36,918 bases of DNA from Candidatus Binataceae bacterium (GTDB lineage: Bacteria > Desulfobacterota > Binatia > Binatales > Binataceae), in contig DATJOQ010000449.1 of the NCBI GenBank assembly GCA_035506935.1, positions 1 through 36,918 of the forward strand. The letters are read 5' to 3'. This document shows, one piece after another, positions 16,828-26,693 of this stretch. Position 1 is the first letter of the stretch, and every line of letters starts with the position of its first letter. Below the pieces are notes generated by a model. That model was not told where the DNA came from. It saw only the letters and a program-made list of their open reading frames with translations, and made no database searches. Position numbers and translations under genes: made by a program.

Positions 16828-19800
16828 ATGGCTTCAAATTCAGATTTTTCCTTGGACGGTAAGTACCGTCTGGAACAAGGCACTATCTTCCTATCCGGCA
16901 TCCAGGCCCTGGTCCGATTACCCATCGATCAGCATCGCGCCGATCGCCGCCGCGGTCTCAACACCGCCACGCTTATCTGCGGTTATCGCGGCTCTCCCCT
17001 CGGTGGCTACGACACCGCCCTCGAACGCGAGCGCGACCTCCTGCACGAAAACAATGTCGTCTTTTTGTCCGGAGTGAACGAGGATATCGCCGCCACCGCG
17101 ATTTACGGCACTCAGTTCGCCCATGCGTTCCCCAAACCGAAATACGACGGCGTGCTCGGCCTGTGGTACGGGAAAGGTCCCGGCGTCGATCGCACCGGCG
17201 ACGCGTTCCGCCATGCCAACTTCGCCGGAATCGGTGAGCACGGCGGCGTTCTTGCTCTGGCCGGCGACGATCCCTTCTGCAAATCGTCGACGCTGCCCAC
17301 GCACTCCGAGACCGCGCTCTACGACGCCTCGATGCCGGTGCTGAGCCCGGGCAACGTCCAGGAGATCCTCGATCTCGGGCGTCTCGGTTTCGAGCTGTCC
17401 CGCTACAGCGGACTTTGGGTCGGATTCAAAATTGTCGCCAACATCGCCGACGAGATCAGCACCGCCGAAGTTTCGCCCGATCGCACACAGATCATCGATC
17501 CCCAATTCACTCATCAGGGTAACCCGTGGCGTCCGATGCACAGCAATCGGCTGCTGGCGCCTTTGACTCTGGACTTAGAGCGCGACATCTTTTACGGCCG
17601 GATGGACGCGGCGCGCGCCTTCGCTGCGGTGCATCCGCTCAACTCGATAAGCGGCGCGCGCGGCAGCGCATGGCTCGGAATCGCCGCGCCCGGCAAAACC
17701 TATTACGACGTCAGAGAAGCCCTCGCCACCCTCGGCCTCGATGATTCCGCGCTCCAGCGCTACGGCATCCGCCTGCTGCGCATCGGGATGCTGTCGCCGA
17801 TGGAGCCTTCGATCCTGCGCCAGTTCGCCGAGGGGCTCGAAGAACTTCTCGTTATCGAAGAGAAGCGCCCCTTCGTCGAGCTTTTTATCCGCGACATCCT
17901 TTACAACCAGGCGGTGCGCCCGCGAATCGCCGGCAAGCGCGACGAGCTCGGCAATTACCTCATCCCTGCGGATCGCGAGCTCGACGCCGACCGTCTTGTT
18001 CCGATTCTCGCCGCGCGCCTGCGCGCACGGATTCCGATGCCGGATATCGCGCCTCCGCCGACGCCCGGTGCCAGCAATGGCGCGATCCAAGTTCCCTCTG
18101 TCGTGCGTCAGGCCTATTTCTGCTCCGGATGCCCCCACAATCGTTCGACAACCGTGCCCGAAGGATCGCTCGCCGGCGGCGGCATCGGATGTCACGCGCT
18201 GGCGCTCTCCTTCCGTCCGGAAACCGTCGGCCTCACCCACATGGGCGGCGAAGGCGCGCAATGGATCGGTATGTCGCTGTTCACCGACGTTCCCCATTTG
18301 TTCCAGAACGTCGGCGACGGAACTTTATTCCATTCCGCCTCGATGGTGGTGCGACAGGCGGTCGCCGCCGGCACCAACGTCACCTTCAAGATTCTCTACA
18401 ATTCTGCAGTCGCGATGACCGGTGGCCAGGACGCCGCCGGCGCGCTCACCGTGCCCGATCTCACACGCCTGCTCGAGGCCGAGGGCGTGCGCTCGATCAT
18501 GGTGTTGTCGGAACAGCCGGAGGTCTATCCGGGGGAAGCGCGATGGGCCAAAGACGTGCGTATCTGGCATCGCGATCGCCTCGGCGAAGCGCAGCGCTTG
18601 CTCCGCGATACTCGCGGCGTAACCGCGCTGATTTACGATCAGCGATGCGCCGCCGAAAAACGCCGTCTGCGCAAGCGCGGCCGTCTGGCTGAACCACTGC
18701 GGCAGGTTTTTATCAACGAGGCGGTGTGTGAAGGATGCGGCGATTGCGGCGTCAAGAGCAACTGCCTCTCGGTCCATCCGGTCGAGACTGAATTCGGCCG
18801 CAAGACCCAGATCCATCAAAGCTCCTGCAACCGCGATTACACCTGCCTGCAGGGCGATTGCCCATCGTTCGTCACGATCACCGCGACTGAACCACCCGCG
18901 CGCAAATCAGCCACGCGCTTTCGTGTCGAGCGCGAGTTGCCGCCGCCACAATCGGCCGTGCCGAGCGACGCCAACATCTTCATGATGGGTATCGGCGGCA
19001 CCGGCGTCGTCACTGTCAACCAGATCCTCGGCACCGCCGCGCTGCTCGATGGCAGACATGTCCACGGGCTCGATCAAACCGGCCTCAGCCAAAAAGGTGG
19101 CCCGGTCGTTTCGCATCTGAAAATTTCTGCCGGCCCGACCGAGCTGTCCAATAAGATTCCCGCTCACGGCGCCGATTGTTACCTCGCTTTCGATATCCTC
19201 ACCGCCGCTACCGCCCAGAGCCTCGCGCACGGCAATCCCGAACGCACCGTCGCGATCGTCTCGACCAGTCGCATCCCGACGGGCGCGATGGTGCGCGACA
19301 CCGAAGTCCTGTTCCCGGAGACAGAAGGTCTTCGCGGCGCGATCGATCGCGCAAGCCGCGCCGATCGCAACGTCTATCTCGACGCGGTCGCGATGGCCGA
19401 AGCGCTGTTCGACGACGCGATGGCCGCCAACATGATTCTGCTCGGCGCCGCCTTTCAGGCCGGCACCATTCCCGTGGGCGCGGATTCGATCGAGCGCGCG
19501 ATCGCGCTCAACGGGGTCTCGATCGAGATGAACACCCACGCCTTCAGGGCCGGACGCCAAGCCGTGCTGGATCGCGAATGGGCTCTCGCGCAACGGCCGT
19601 CGCGCATGGGGAGTGTCGAGCGCGCTCCGCAAATCACGCCCGAAGCGCGCGTGCTGATCGATTCAACCGGGGCCGACGGTGAACTCCGTCGCCTGCTCGA
19701 ATATCGCGTCCCAGAGCTGATCGCCTATCAGAATCTCGCCCACGCACGTAACTACGTCACCTTCGTCAAACAGGTGCGCGCCGCCGAACGCAGCGCAACA

Positions 19801-20370
19801 CCCGATCGCGCCGAGTTCAGCCAGACGGTCGCGCGCTATCTGTTCAAGCTGATGGCGTACAAAGACGAATACGAAGTCGCGCGCCTGCATCTCGCTTCCG
19901 CTATCGCTGATGACGCCGCCGCCAAATATCCTCGGGGCTTCGAGCTGAAGTATCAGCTCCATCCGCCGCTGCTGCGCGCGATGGGTTTCAATCGCAAGCT
20001 CGAATTTGGCCGATGGTTCGAAAAGGTTTTCCGCGTGCTCTATCGCATGCGCCCCCTGCGTGGCACTCCGCTCGACATCTTCGGCTACGCGCGCGTTCGG
20101 CGTGAGGAGCGCGCCTTGATCGCAGAGTACCGCGCGATGGTCCAAAGGATGATCGGCAATCTCTCGCCCGCCAATTATGATCGCGCGGTCCAGATCGCGA
20201 CGCTGCCCGATCTGATTCGCGGCTACGAGGAGATCAAGCTCTTAAACATCGAGCGCTTCCGCGATCAGGCCCGTCGCCTGATGAGCCAGCCGGATCATCC
20301 CTCCGATTCCGATCCAGCCGCGGGCAAAACAACGCCGGCCGAAACGCGCCCGCTCGTCGCCGCCCGCTAG
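16828..20370 (+). CDS. Indolepyruvate:ferredoxin oxidoreductase family protein (fused IorA-IorB type 2-oxoacid oxidoreductase)
   Basis: 1180 aa. The N-terminal 'GIQALVRLPIDQHRADRRRGLNTATLICGYRGSPLGGYD', the TPP motif 'GDGTLFHS', the ferredoxin-like cysteines 'CEGCGDCGVKSNC ... CNRDYTCLQGDCPSF' and the C-terminal IorB-like region all fit this family. Confidence 0.9.
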   Translation: MASNSDFSLDGKYRLEQGTIFLSGIQALVRLPIDQHRADRRRGLNTATLICGYRGSPLGGYDTALERERDLLHENNVVFLSGVNEDIAATAIYGTQFAHAFPKPKYDGVLGLWYGKGPGVDRTGDAFRHANFAGIGEHGGVLALAGDDPFCKSSTLPTHSETALYDASMPVLSPGNVQEILDLGRLGFELSRYSGLWVGFKIVANIADEISTAEVSPDRTQIIDPQFTHQGNPWRPMHSNRLLAPLTLDLERDIFYGRMDAARAFAAVHPLNSISGARGSAWLGIAAPGKTYYDVREALATLGLDDSALQRYGIRLLRIGMLSPMEPSILRQFAEGLEELLVIEEKRPFVELFIRDILYNQAVRPRIAGKRDELGNYLIPADRELDADRLVPILAARLRARIPMPDIAPPPTPGASNGAIQVPSVVRQAYFCSGCPHNRSTTVPEGSLAGGGIGCHALALSFRPETVGLTHMGGEGAQWIGMSLFTDVPHLFQNVGDGTLFHSASMVVRQAVAAGTNVTFKILYNSAVAMTGGQDAAGALTVPDLTRLLEAEGVRSIMVLSEQPEVYPGEARWAKDVRIWHRDRLGEAQRLLRDTRGVTALIYDQRCAAEKRRLRKRGRLAEPLRQVFINEAVCEGCGDCGVKSNCLSVHPVETEFGRKTQIHQSSCNRDYTCLQGDCPSFVTITATEPPARKSATRFRVERELPPPQSAVPSDANIFMMGIGGTGVVTVNQILGTAALLDGRHVHGLDQTGLSQKGGPVVSHLKISAGPTELSNKIPAHGADCYLAFDILTAATAQSLAHGNPERTVAIVSTSRIPTGAMVRDTEVLFPETEGLRGAIDRASRADRNVYLDAVAMAEALFDDAMAANMILLGAAFQAGTIPVGADSIERAIALNGVSIEMNTHAFRAGRQAVLDREWALAQRPSRMGSVERAPQITPEARVLIDSTGADGELRRLLEYRVPELIAYQNLAHARNYVTFVKQVRAAERSATPDRAEFSQTVARYLFKLMAYKDEYEVARLHLASAIADDAAAKYPRGFELKYQLHPPLLRAMGFNRKLEFGRWFEKVFRVLYRMRPLRGTPLDIFGYARVRREERALIAEYRAMVQRMIGNLSPANYDRAVQIATLPDLIRGYEEIKLLNIERFRDQARRLMSQPDHPSDSDPAAGKTTPAETRPLVAAR

Positions 20371-20447
20371 CTCGCCAAGAAATCGATTCGCTGCGATTCT
20401 TCAGGGATACGGCGCAGCCCTAAATTCATCCGCTCCAGCCCGGCCTC

Positions 20448-20474
20448 GTCATCCTGAGAGCAGCGAAGGATCTC
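20448..20474 (+). repeat. REP-like repeat, copy D1
   Basis: GTCATCCTGAGAGCAGCGAAGGATCTC, downstream of the ior stop (20370). Confidence 0.65.
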
Positions 20475-20507
20475 GCCTGGTCCTCCGGGCGTCAGTCTTT
20501 TTGGCCT

Positions 20508-20557
20508 GTCATTCCGAACGAAGTCTGCGCCGCGAGGAATCTCCGCGAAGCGAGTCG
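20508..20557 (+). repeat. REP-like repeat, copy D2
   Basis: GTCATTCCGAACGAAGTCTGCGCCGCGAGGAATCTCCGCGAAGCGAGTCG. A further GCGAGCGATTCTTTG module lies at about 20605-20620. Confidence 0.7.
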
Positions 20558-20675
20558 TCTTCTGAACTCCTCTGCGACCTGACGCACTTGCATTTACGTG
20601 GCCACGCGAGCGATTCTTTGAAGGTCGGGTTTCTGCTCGCATAACGCGAAGCATCATTATCGCGGGGGAATCACC

Positions 20676-21425
20676 ATGAGACTCGAAGGCAAAATCGCGA
20701 TCATCACCGGCGGTGGCTCAGGTTTCGGCGAAGGCATCGCGCGCAGGTTCGTCAGCGAAGGCGCGCGCGTCGTGGTTGCCGGCCGCGATACCGCCGCGCT
20801 CGAACGAGTCGCCGCCCCGCTCGGCAATAACGCCCGCGCCATCCGCGCCGACGTCACGAAGGAAGCCGACATCGCCGCGATGGTCGCCGCGACCATCAAG
20901 GAGTTCGGCACGCTCGATATCCTCGTCAACAATGCGGGCGTGCCGCAGCCTCCGCAGCCCTGCGACTCAGTGCCCGAGGAGCTGTTCGACAACATCTTCG
21001 CCGTAAACGCTAAGGCGATTTATCTCGCCGCGCGCCACGTGGTGCCGATTTTCAAAAAAGCCCGTGCCGGCAACATCCTCAACATCGCGTCTACCGGCGG
21101 GGTCAGCCCGCGCCCCAACCTGACCTGGTACAACGCTTCCAAAGGATGGGCGATCACGGCGACGCGCGCGATGGCAGTCGAGCTAGCCCCGTTCGGCATC
21201 CGCGTCAACGCGATCAATCCGGTCGCCGGCGAAACCCCGATGCTGAAAGCGTTCATGGGTGGCACCGAGACGCCCGAGGCGCGCGCCCGCTTCATCTCGA
21301 CCATTCCGCTCGGCCGCTTCTCCACCGCCGAAGACGTCGCCAACACCGCCGCGTTCCTCTGCTCCGACGAGGCCAGCATGATCACCGGCGTCGCGCTCGA
21401 AGTCGACGGCGGCCGCTGCATCTGA
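20676..21425 (+). CDS. Short-chain dehydrogenase/reductase (classical SDR)
   Basis: 249 aa. Has the 'TGGGSGFGEGIA' cofactor motif, 'NNAG' and the catalytic 'YNASK'. Confidence 0.9.
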   Translation: MRLEGKIAIITGGGSGFGEGIARRFVSEGARVVVAGRDTAALERVAAPLGNNARAIRADVTKEADIAAMVAATIKEFGTLDILVNNAGVPQPPQPCDSVPEELFDNIFAVNAKAIYLAARHVVPIFKKARAGNILNIASTGGVSPRPNLTWYNASKGWAITATRAMAVELAPFGIRVNAINPVAGETPMLKAFMGGTETPEARARFISTIPLGRFSTAEDVANTAAFLCSDEASMITGVALEVDGGRCI

Positions 21426-21454
21426 TCGCCTCTAGCGCGAGCGTCGTCAGATCT

Positions 21455-21507
21455 GTCATTCCGAGCGGAGTCCGCGGAGCGAGGAATCTACGCGGAGCGA
21501 TTTTTCC
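21455..21507 (+). repeat. REP-like repeat, copy E
   Basis: GTCATTCCGAGCGGAGTCCGCGGAGCGAGGAATCTACGCGGAGCGATTTTTCC, in the convergent gap between the SDR stop (21425) and the gamma-subunit stop (21535). Confidence 0.7.
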
Positions 21508-21534
21508 TTTTCCTCTATGCCTTTCAGAATGTAC

Positions 21535-22044
21535 TCACAGCACGACCGGCAGCGGCTTCCCCAGCCAGTCGCGATAGAACGTTGCCAGGTCCGGCGTGAA
21601 GTCGGTTTCCACCGGATACGTCGGCGGCACGCAATCGACGTCGAGCAGCGTCCCGCTGACTGGGCAGTAGAATTCGCGCAGCTCGACCAGCTCCGGATCG
21701 ATCGTGAGATGTTTTTCCGGATAAATCTGTAACAACTCCTCGCGCGTCCGACGTACGCGGACACGGCATTTCATTTTCCAGTTCTCGTTCCACGCACATA
21801 GCTCGGCACCCGCGCGCGTCTTCACGATCGCACGCCCCTCCTTGGCCACGATAAACAAATTCTCCCCCAGCGGCAGCAGGATTTGCTCCTTCCACTCGAC
21901 GCTCTCCTGCACCGCCGCGATCATCTGCTCAAACCGATTCGGCGATTTGTGCTCGCGCATTAGCTTGAGCAATTCCGGCCACGCCAGCTCGCGCCGCATC
22001 AGCGCGCGCACGACTTCCTGCTCGCTCTCGCCCTTCACGCTCAT
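21535..22044 (-). CDS. Acetone/acetophenone carboxylase gamma-subunit-like protein
   Basis: 169 aa from the ATG at 22044. 'LPLGENLFIV...', 'NENWKMK', 'REFYCPVSGTLLDVD' and 'DFTPDLATFYRDWLGKPLP' resemble AcxC. The start overlaps the alpha-subunit stop as ATGA (22041-22044). The 254-aa track ORF is an upstream extension into the alpha gene. Confidence 0.8.
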   Translation of the reverse strand: MSVKGESEQEVVRALMRRELAWPELLKLMREHKSPNRFEQMIAAVQESVEWKEQILLPLGENLFIVAKEGRAIVKTRAGAELCAWNENWKMKCRVRVRRTREELLQIYPEKHLTIDPELVELREFYCPVSGTLLDVDCVPPTYPVETDFTPDLATFYRDWLGKPLPVVL

Positions 22045-24296
22045 CGCACGTCTCCTTCCCGCGCCGCCGCTCCATTCGCTTTCGGACGGCTGCTCGATTT
22101 CGGGTAATAGAACCCGGTAGGCGGCGGCGTCTGAAACTCCGGCATACCGCTTTCGGTGTACGGAAACTTCTCGATTTTCCAGAATTTCAGATAGGCTTGC
22201 TTGAGCGCATCCGAGATTTGCGCCGAGCGCGCGAACATCTGCGACACGATCGGCCCGACCGCGCCGGTCCTCGCGCGCGCTTGTTCCTTCGCCCACCATT
22301 CCTCAGCCGGTATCGACTCTTGAAGCCGCCGCTTGCGAATCTCCGCGCGCCGCCGCTCGGTGTCCTGCGACGTGCGCCCGTAGCCGTAGATCTCGCCCGC
22401 TGCCGCTTCCGTCATCAAACCGTTCGCGAGATCCTTCTCGATCATCGCGCGATCGCGCTCGAGCGGATCGCCGTAGCCGCACCCGCCATAATAGATGATC
22501 CCGAACAGGTCGTATTCCTTCAGATTCGGCGACCACTGATTCAGCGGACCGCAATACCACTCGCGCGCCGTGATTCGCCCGTCCTTCAGCATCGCCTCTG
22601 CTTCGTTGACGCTGGTCGGCATCTTGTCGCCGCGCTCGATCAACTCCTTCAGATTCGTGCCCGACGCCCACATGCATTTCCATCCCGGCGGCGGATACCC
22701 GCCGAACATCCCCTTGTGGAACACGCCGCCATTCATGCATCCAGCGCCACTCAACGTCACATTGACGAGCTGCGATCCTCGCACCATCCACAGCGATTCC
22801 CACGTCGCGCCGCCGCGGAAGCGCCCGTACGCATGATGGTCCGGCAGGAACGCGCGCCCGACGTATAAATTCGGCCCGGTCATCTCCCACACTTCCGCGT
22901 CGCCCTGGATTCCCTCCGAATTCCAGATCGGGCTGCCGCAATCCATTCCGTCCGCGACGCCGCGCGCCCCGAAGCTCTCGCCCGCCATCTCAAAATTCTG
23001 GTAGCCGGTCGGCTGATGGTATTGATCGAACCCCGTCACACCCACCATGCAGGTCGGCGTCGACATCACGATCTCCTCGATGAATCCGCGCGCGAACCAG
23101 CTTATTCCAATCAGCCGCCAGATATTCGCGAAGATCGGGATCAGCGTCCACCACGCCAACGAAGTCGCGGTGCCGCTGTAATTCGAATTCACGATCGAGC
23201 CTTCGGGCAGGAACTGCGTCACGCCGAGATACGCGCCGTCATTGACGCGCCCGTCGTACGCGAGCAGTTGCGTCAGCGTGATCCAAAACCCGCCGTTCAT
23301 CGGCCCGGGCGCGCAGTTGAACGGATGAAAGCTCCACCCCGTGCTGCCTTCGTAGTCGAGCTCGAGCGTTCCCGCTTTCGTCACCGTGAGTTCTGTGCGC
23401 ACCAGGTCGATGAAATCGTTCTTGGCCATCGGGTGAACGAACGGCACGTGCGTGCGCTTATGCACCGGCATCGTCATGCCGCGATACACTCCCGGCACCA
23501 TGGTCGCGCGCACGCGTTTGAGAAAATTGCGCCGCCCTTCTTCGATCAACTCGCGCACGCCCTGCTTGTAATAGTCGAGCCCGAACGTATCGAGAATTTT
23601 GCGCAGCGCCTCGCGCACCATCAGGCAGCCCGAGAGCTTGGCCTTGTCGTCGAGACTCCACCAGTTCGAGTTGCGCAGATTCATCTTGAGCCGCAGCAGA
23701 TAATCCTTGCGGAAGTGATCGTTCTCGCCGACCTTCTCCGCGCTGATATGCAGCCCCTCGCCGAAACGATCCGGCGACAGCACCGACATCCCCGGCCCTT
23801 CGTACGTGCCCGATTCCAGCTCATGCGAAACCGATCCGATCCACGCGATCAGCTCGTCTCCCTCGAACACCGGGATACAAGTCATCACGTCAGGCGTGTG
23901 CACGCCCCCCGCCCACACTTCGTTGTTCTCGAAAATGTCGCCCGGCCGGATCCGCGGATCATCTTCGTAGTCGTTCTGGATCATGAACTTGATGAACTCG
24001 CTGAGCGTATGCACGTGCACCATGATCCCGGTCGAGAGCACCACCGCGTCGCCCTCGGGCGTATACAAGCCGATCACGAATTCCTCGAAATCGCGCACCG
24101 CCGGTGACGACGCAATAAACTTCATCGTGTTGCGCACCGAAATGATCGTGGACAACAGGCGCGAGTGAAACGCCTCGAACTTGAGCGGATCGCGATCGTG
24201 CAGCGCGAGCTCCTTGATTCCGTAATAGGTGCCCGTCTCCGTGAAGAGTTTCTCGCTGTGCAGGAGCTGCTGTTTGAGCGTCATTTGCTTGCCCAT
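22041..24296 (-). CDS. Hydantoinase B/oxoprolinase family, acetone carboxylase alpha-subunit-like
   Basis: 751 aa. Size and order match AcxB-type subunits. GGGGAGGAA Shine-Dalgarno upstream of the ATG at 24296. The fit to the HyuB family is over the full length, judged by eye. Confidence 0.85.
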   Translation of the reverse strand: MGKQMTLKQQLLHSEKLFTETGTYYGIKELALHDRDPLKFEAFHSRLLSTIISVRNTMKFIASSPAVRDFEEFVIGLYTPEGDAVVLSTGIMVHVHTLSEFIKFMIQNDYEDDPRIRPGDIFENNEVWAGGVHTPDVMTCIPVFEGDELIAWIGSVSHELESGTYEGPGMSVLSPDRFGEGLHISAEKVGENDHFRKDYLLRLKMNLRNSNWWSLDDKAKLSGCLMVREALRKILDTFGLDYYKQGVRELIEEGRRNFLKRVRATMVPGVYRGMTMPVHKRTHVPFVHPMAKNDFIDLVRTELTVTKAGTLELDYEGSTGWSFHPFNCAPGPMNGGFWITLTQLLAYDGRVNDGAYLGVTQFLPEGSIVNSNYSGTATSLAWWTLIPIFANIWRLIGISWFARGFIEEIVMSTPTCMVGVTGFDQYHQPTGYQNFEMAGESFGARGVADGMDCGSPIWNSEGIQGDAEVWEMTGPNLYVGRAFLPDHHAYGRFRGGATWESLWMVRGSQLVNVTLSGAGCMNGGVFHKGMFGGYPPPGWKCMWASGTNLKELIERGDKMPTSVNEAEAMLKDGRITAREWYCGPLNQWSPNLKEYDLFGIIYYGGCGYGDPLERDRAMIEKDLANGLMTEAAAGEIYGYGRTSQDTERRRAEIRKRRLQESIPAEEWWAKEQARARTGAVGPIVSQMFARSAQISDALKQAYLKFWKIEKFPYTESGMPEFQTPPPTGFYYPKSSSRPKANGAAAREGDVR

Positions 24297-24324
24297 GAAA
24301 TTCCTCCCCTCTCGCGATCCGCGA

Positions 24325-26469
24325 TCATCTGGCGCCGCGCCGATAATGGATCAACCGGCGCGAATCGAATTCAACGTGGTACTCCGGCGGGATCAACAGC
24401 GTGGTGGCCGGATGCTCGACAATCGCCGGACCGTTGATCACATTGCCCGCCTCGATCGGATCCATCTCCAGCACGCGAAACTCAATCTCCCGTCCGCGCC
24501 AGTAAACCTTGCGCGCCCCTTTTTCCGCGCTCGAAGGAACATTTCGTCCGCTGAGCGCGAGCTCCGGCAGCTTCGGCTTCGGCGTTTCGATATCAGCGCT
24601 CAGCGCCACTTCGAGAATTTGGTAACCGACCTCCGAGTACAGCGCCTGCGTGGGATAGATCGTGGTGTACACGCCTTCGAAGCGCTTCATCAGCGCCGCA
24701 AGATCCTCGATCGACGCAAGCCGCTCGCTCGGCCAATGCACCTCGAAGTCAGAGAGCTGGTTCGTGAAGCGCACGTATGCGGAACGCTGCAGCCGCGCAT
24801 CCGCGAAGCGCCATCCGTGCTGCTTGAAGTCCAGCCGCGCGCGCTCTTCCAGCGCCTTCCACGTATTGTTGATCGATTCGACCGCGAGTTTTTTAACCTC
24901 TCGCGACATCGAATCGTCCGACGGCGGGCAAGCCGCCAGAATACTCTGGTGATATCGGTAGCGCCGGGGCGCGCACAGCACGCCGAACGCCGAAAAGACC
25001 GCGGCGAACGGAAAGGTTACGATATCGTTGAGTTCCAATCCCTCGATCACCGCGTGCAGCCCGAGCGGTCCGCCGCCGCCGTACATCATCATCGTGTACT
25101 CGTGCGTGTCGTATCCGCGCCCGCGCAGCATGTTCACCAGGAACTCGCGCATGTAATCGCACACCAGCAGATGAGCCTTCTCGGCGAATTCGAAAACGCC
25201 CGCGTTGAAGCTCCGCGCCATCGGCTCGAGCGCTGCGCGCGCTGCCTCGACGTCGAGCGGCACGTCGCCGCCGAGAAAATAATTGGGACTGAGATATCCC
25301 AGCACCACGTGACAATCTGTGACCGTCGGCACGGGCCAGCGCAAACATCGGCCGACATCCGAGCCGGCGCTTCGCGGCCCGACCGTCAGCTTGCCGGTCA
25401 GCGGATGCACCCCCAGCTCCGATCCCATTCCCGCGCCGATCGATTCGGTGTGGATCATCGGGATATTCGTGCGGAAGCTCAGCAGCGTCGGCTCGCGCGA
25501 GATCGGAATTTTTCCGTCGCGGATAATCCCGACGTCGAAGCTGGTGCCGCCGATATCGCAGCACACCACGTTGCCCGATCCCTGCAGTTCGCCAACGTAC
25601 TGGCCGCCAAGCACTCCGCCGATCGGCCCCGACACGTACGATTCGTACAGGCGCGGCGTGCTGATCGGCACCGTGCCGCCGTGCGCGAGCAGAGTCGAGA
25701 CCTCGCGCTCGAAACCCTCGCTGCGCGCCCGCGCCTCGACCTTGTTGAAATGCCGTCGCGAGCGCTCGCCCGCATACGCCTGCGCGATCACGCTCGCAAG
25801 GCGCGTGTATTCCTTGTGCGTCGGCGCCATCGCCGACGACACCACCACCGGAATCTCCGCGCTCATCTTGCGGATAACCTCAGCTGCCATCCGCTCGTGC
25901 GCGGGATTCATGTGTGAGAACAAAAACATGATTGCGATAGCTTCGACCCCCGCCTCCAACAGCACACGCGCTTTGGCCGCGACGTCCGCTTCGCGCAGCG
26001 GAATTACCGGCGCGCCGAACATATCAACGCGCTCCTGCACTCCAACGATCCGGTCGCGCGGGATGGTCGGCTCGCTATGATGATGCGTTACGGTGTGCAG
26101 CCGGTCCGCGTACGGATAGCCCAGCCATCCGCCCTCGGCCTTCTCCATCAGCAGGTAATCTTCGAACCCCTGCGTCACCATTAGCCCGACTTTGGCACCG
26201 GTGCGGCTCAGCAGAGTGTTGAGCATAATCGTCCCGGCGTAGACGATGACTTCGCTCTCTCTAAGCGTCGTCCGCAGAGCACGATTCGCGGTGCGAGCCG
26301 CGTCGCTGATCGAGCCGAGGAAGCTCAGCGACTCGTCCTCCTTGTTGGTGAGAAATTTTCCCACCAGGAAATTGCCCTCGCTATCGACGATCACTGCGTC
26401 GGTCATCGTGCCGCCCGCGTCGAGCGCAATCCAGTTCTTTCCGATGACGTGAGTTTGATCAGTGGCCAT
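24325..26469 (-). CDS. Hydantoinase A/oxoprolinase family, acetone carboxylase beta-subunit-like (ATP-binding, ASKHA fold)
   Basis: 714 aa. 'IALDAGGTMTD' and 'VVCCDIGGTSFDVG' are the two ASKHA phosphate-binding motifs typical of HyuA/AcxA. Confidence 0.85.
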   Translation of the reverse strand: MATDQTHVIGKNWIALDAGGTMTDAVIVDSEGNFLVGKFLTNKEDESLSFLGSISDAARTANRALRTTLRESEVIVYAGTIMLNTLLSRTGAKVGLMVTQGFEDYLLMEKAEGGWLGYPYADRLHTVTHHHSEPTIPRDRIVGVQERVDMFGAPVIPLREADVAAKARVLLEAGVEAIAIMFLFSHMNPAHERMAAEVIRKMSAEIPVVVSSAMAPTHKEYTRLASVIAQAYAGERSRRHFNKVEARARSEGFEREVSTLLAHGGTVPISTPRLYESYVSGPIGGVLGGQYVGELQGSGNVVCCDIGGTSFDVGIIRDGKIPISREPTLLSFRTNIPMIHTESIGAGMGSELGVHPLTGKLTVGPRSAGSDVGRCLRWPVPTVTDCHVVLGYLSPNYFLGGDVPLDVEAARAALEPMARSFNAGVFEFAEKAHLLVCDYMREFLVNMLRGRGYDTHEYTMMMYGGGGPLGLHAVIEGLELNDIVTFPFAAVFSAFGVLCAPRRYRYHQSILAACPPSDDSMSREVKKLAVESINNTWKALEERARLDFKQHGWRFADARLQRSAYVRFTNQLSDFEVHWPSERLASIEDLAALMKRFEGVYTTIYPTQALYSEVGYQILEVALSADIETPKPKLPELALSGRNVPSSAEKGARKVYWRGREIEFRVLEMDPIEAGNVINGPAIVEHPATTLLIPPEYHVEFDSRRLIHYRRGAR

Positions 26470-26693
26470 TCGTGGCTCCCCGCCTTCTGCGCTCTGCCGT
26501 TCGCTGCAGTCTGTTGAGCTTTGGTAAATCTTCGCGTGGCGCAGGCTTCGCAGCCTCCAACGCCGCTATCCATTGACGGAGCGAAGATCGCGCGCAATGT
26601 TCGCGCTACCCGTCTCCGCTGTCAACTGTAGTAGACTGGTCTGTTGGCGCTCGTTCGAACGGAGAATCAGGCGCCGCGTTGACGAGGAATGCG

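Noticed and set aside
20367-20657. 96-aa minus-strand ORF in the ior-SDR gap
   Set aside because: It is built almost entirely from the REP-like repeat copies D1/D2. The same repeats elsewhere are read in different frames and orientations, so it is not a gene.
22045-22299. N-terminal 85-codon extension of the gamma-subunit ORF (track ORF 21535..22299)
   Set aside because: The extension overlaps the 3' end of the alpha-subunit gene. The ATG at 22044 forms an ATGA overlap with the alpha stop and begins the region that resembles AcxC.
24229-25917. 562-aa plus-strand ORF (and similarly 23016..24107 at 363 aa, and 4323..5435 at 370 aa)
   Set aside because: All three lie antisense to well-supported genes (HyuA-like, HyuB-like, DUF1329). 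They are Arg/His/Pro-rich low-complexity translations with no motifs, so I treat them as GC-driven shadow ORFs.
26537-26552. Sigma-54-like TGGCGC-N5-TCGCA (GG-N10-GC) in the carboxylase/VOC divergent gap
   Set aside because: Only the GG and GC dinucleotides and the spacing fit. Such matches are expected by chance in GC-rich DNA. It points toward the VOC gene rather than the carboxylase operon, and no activator gene is present.
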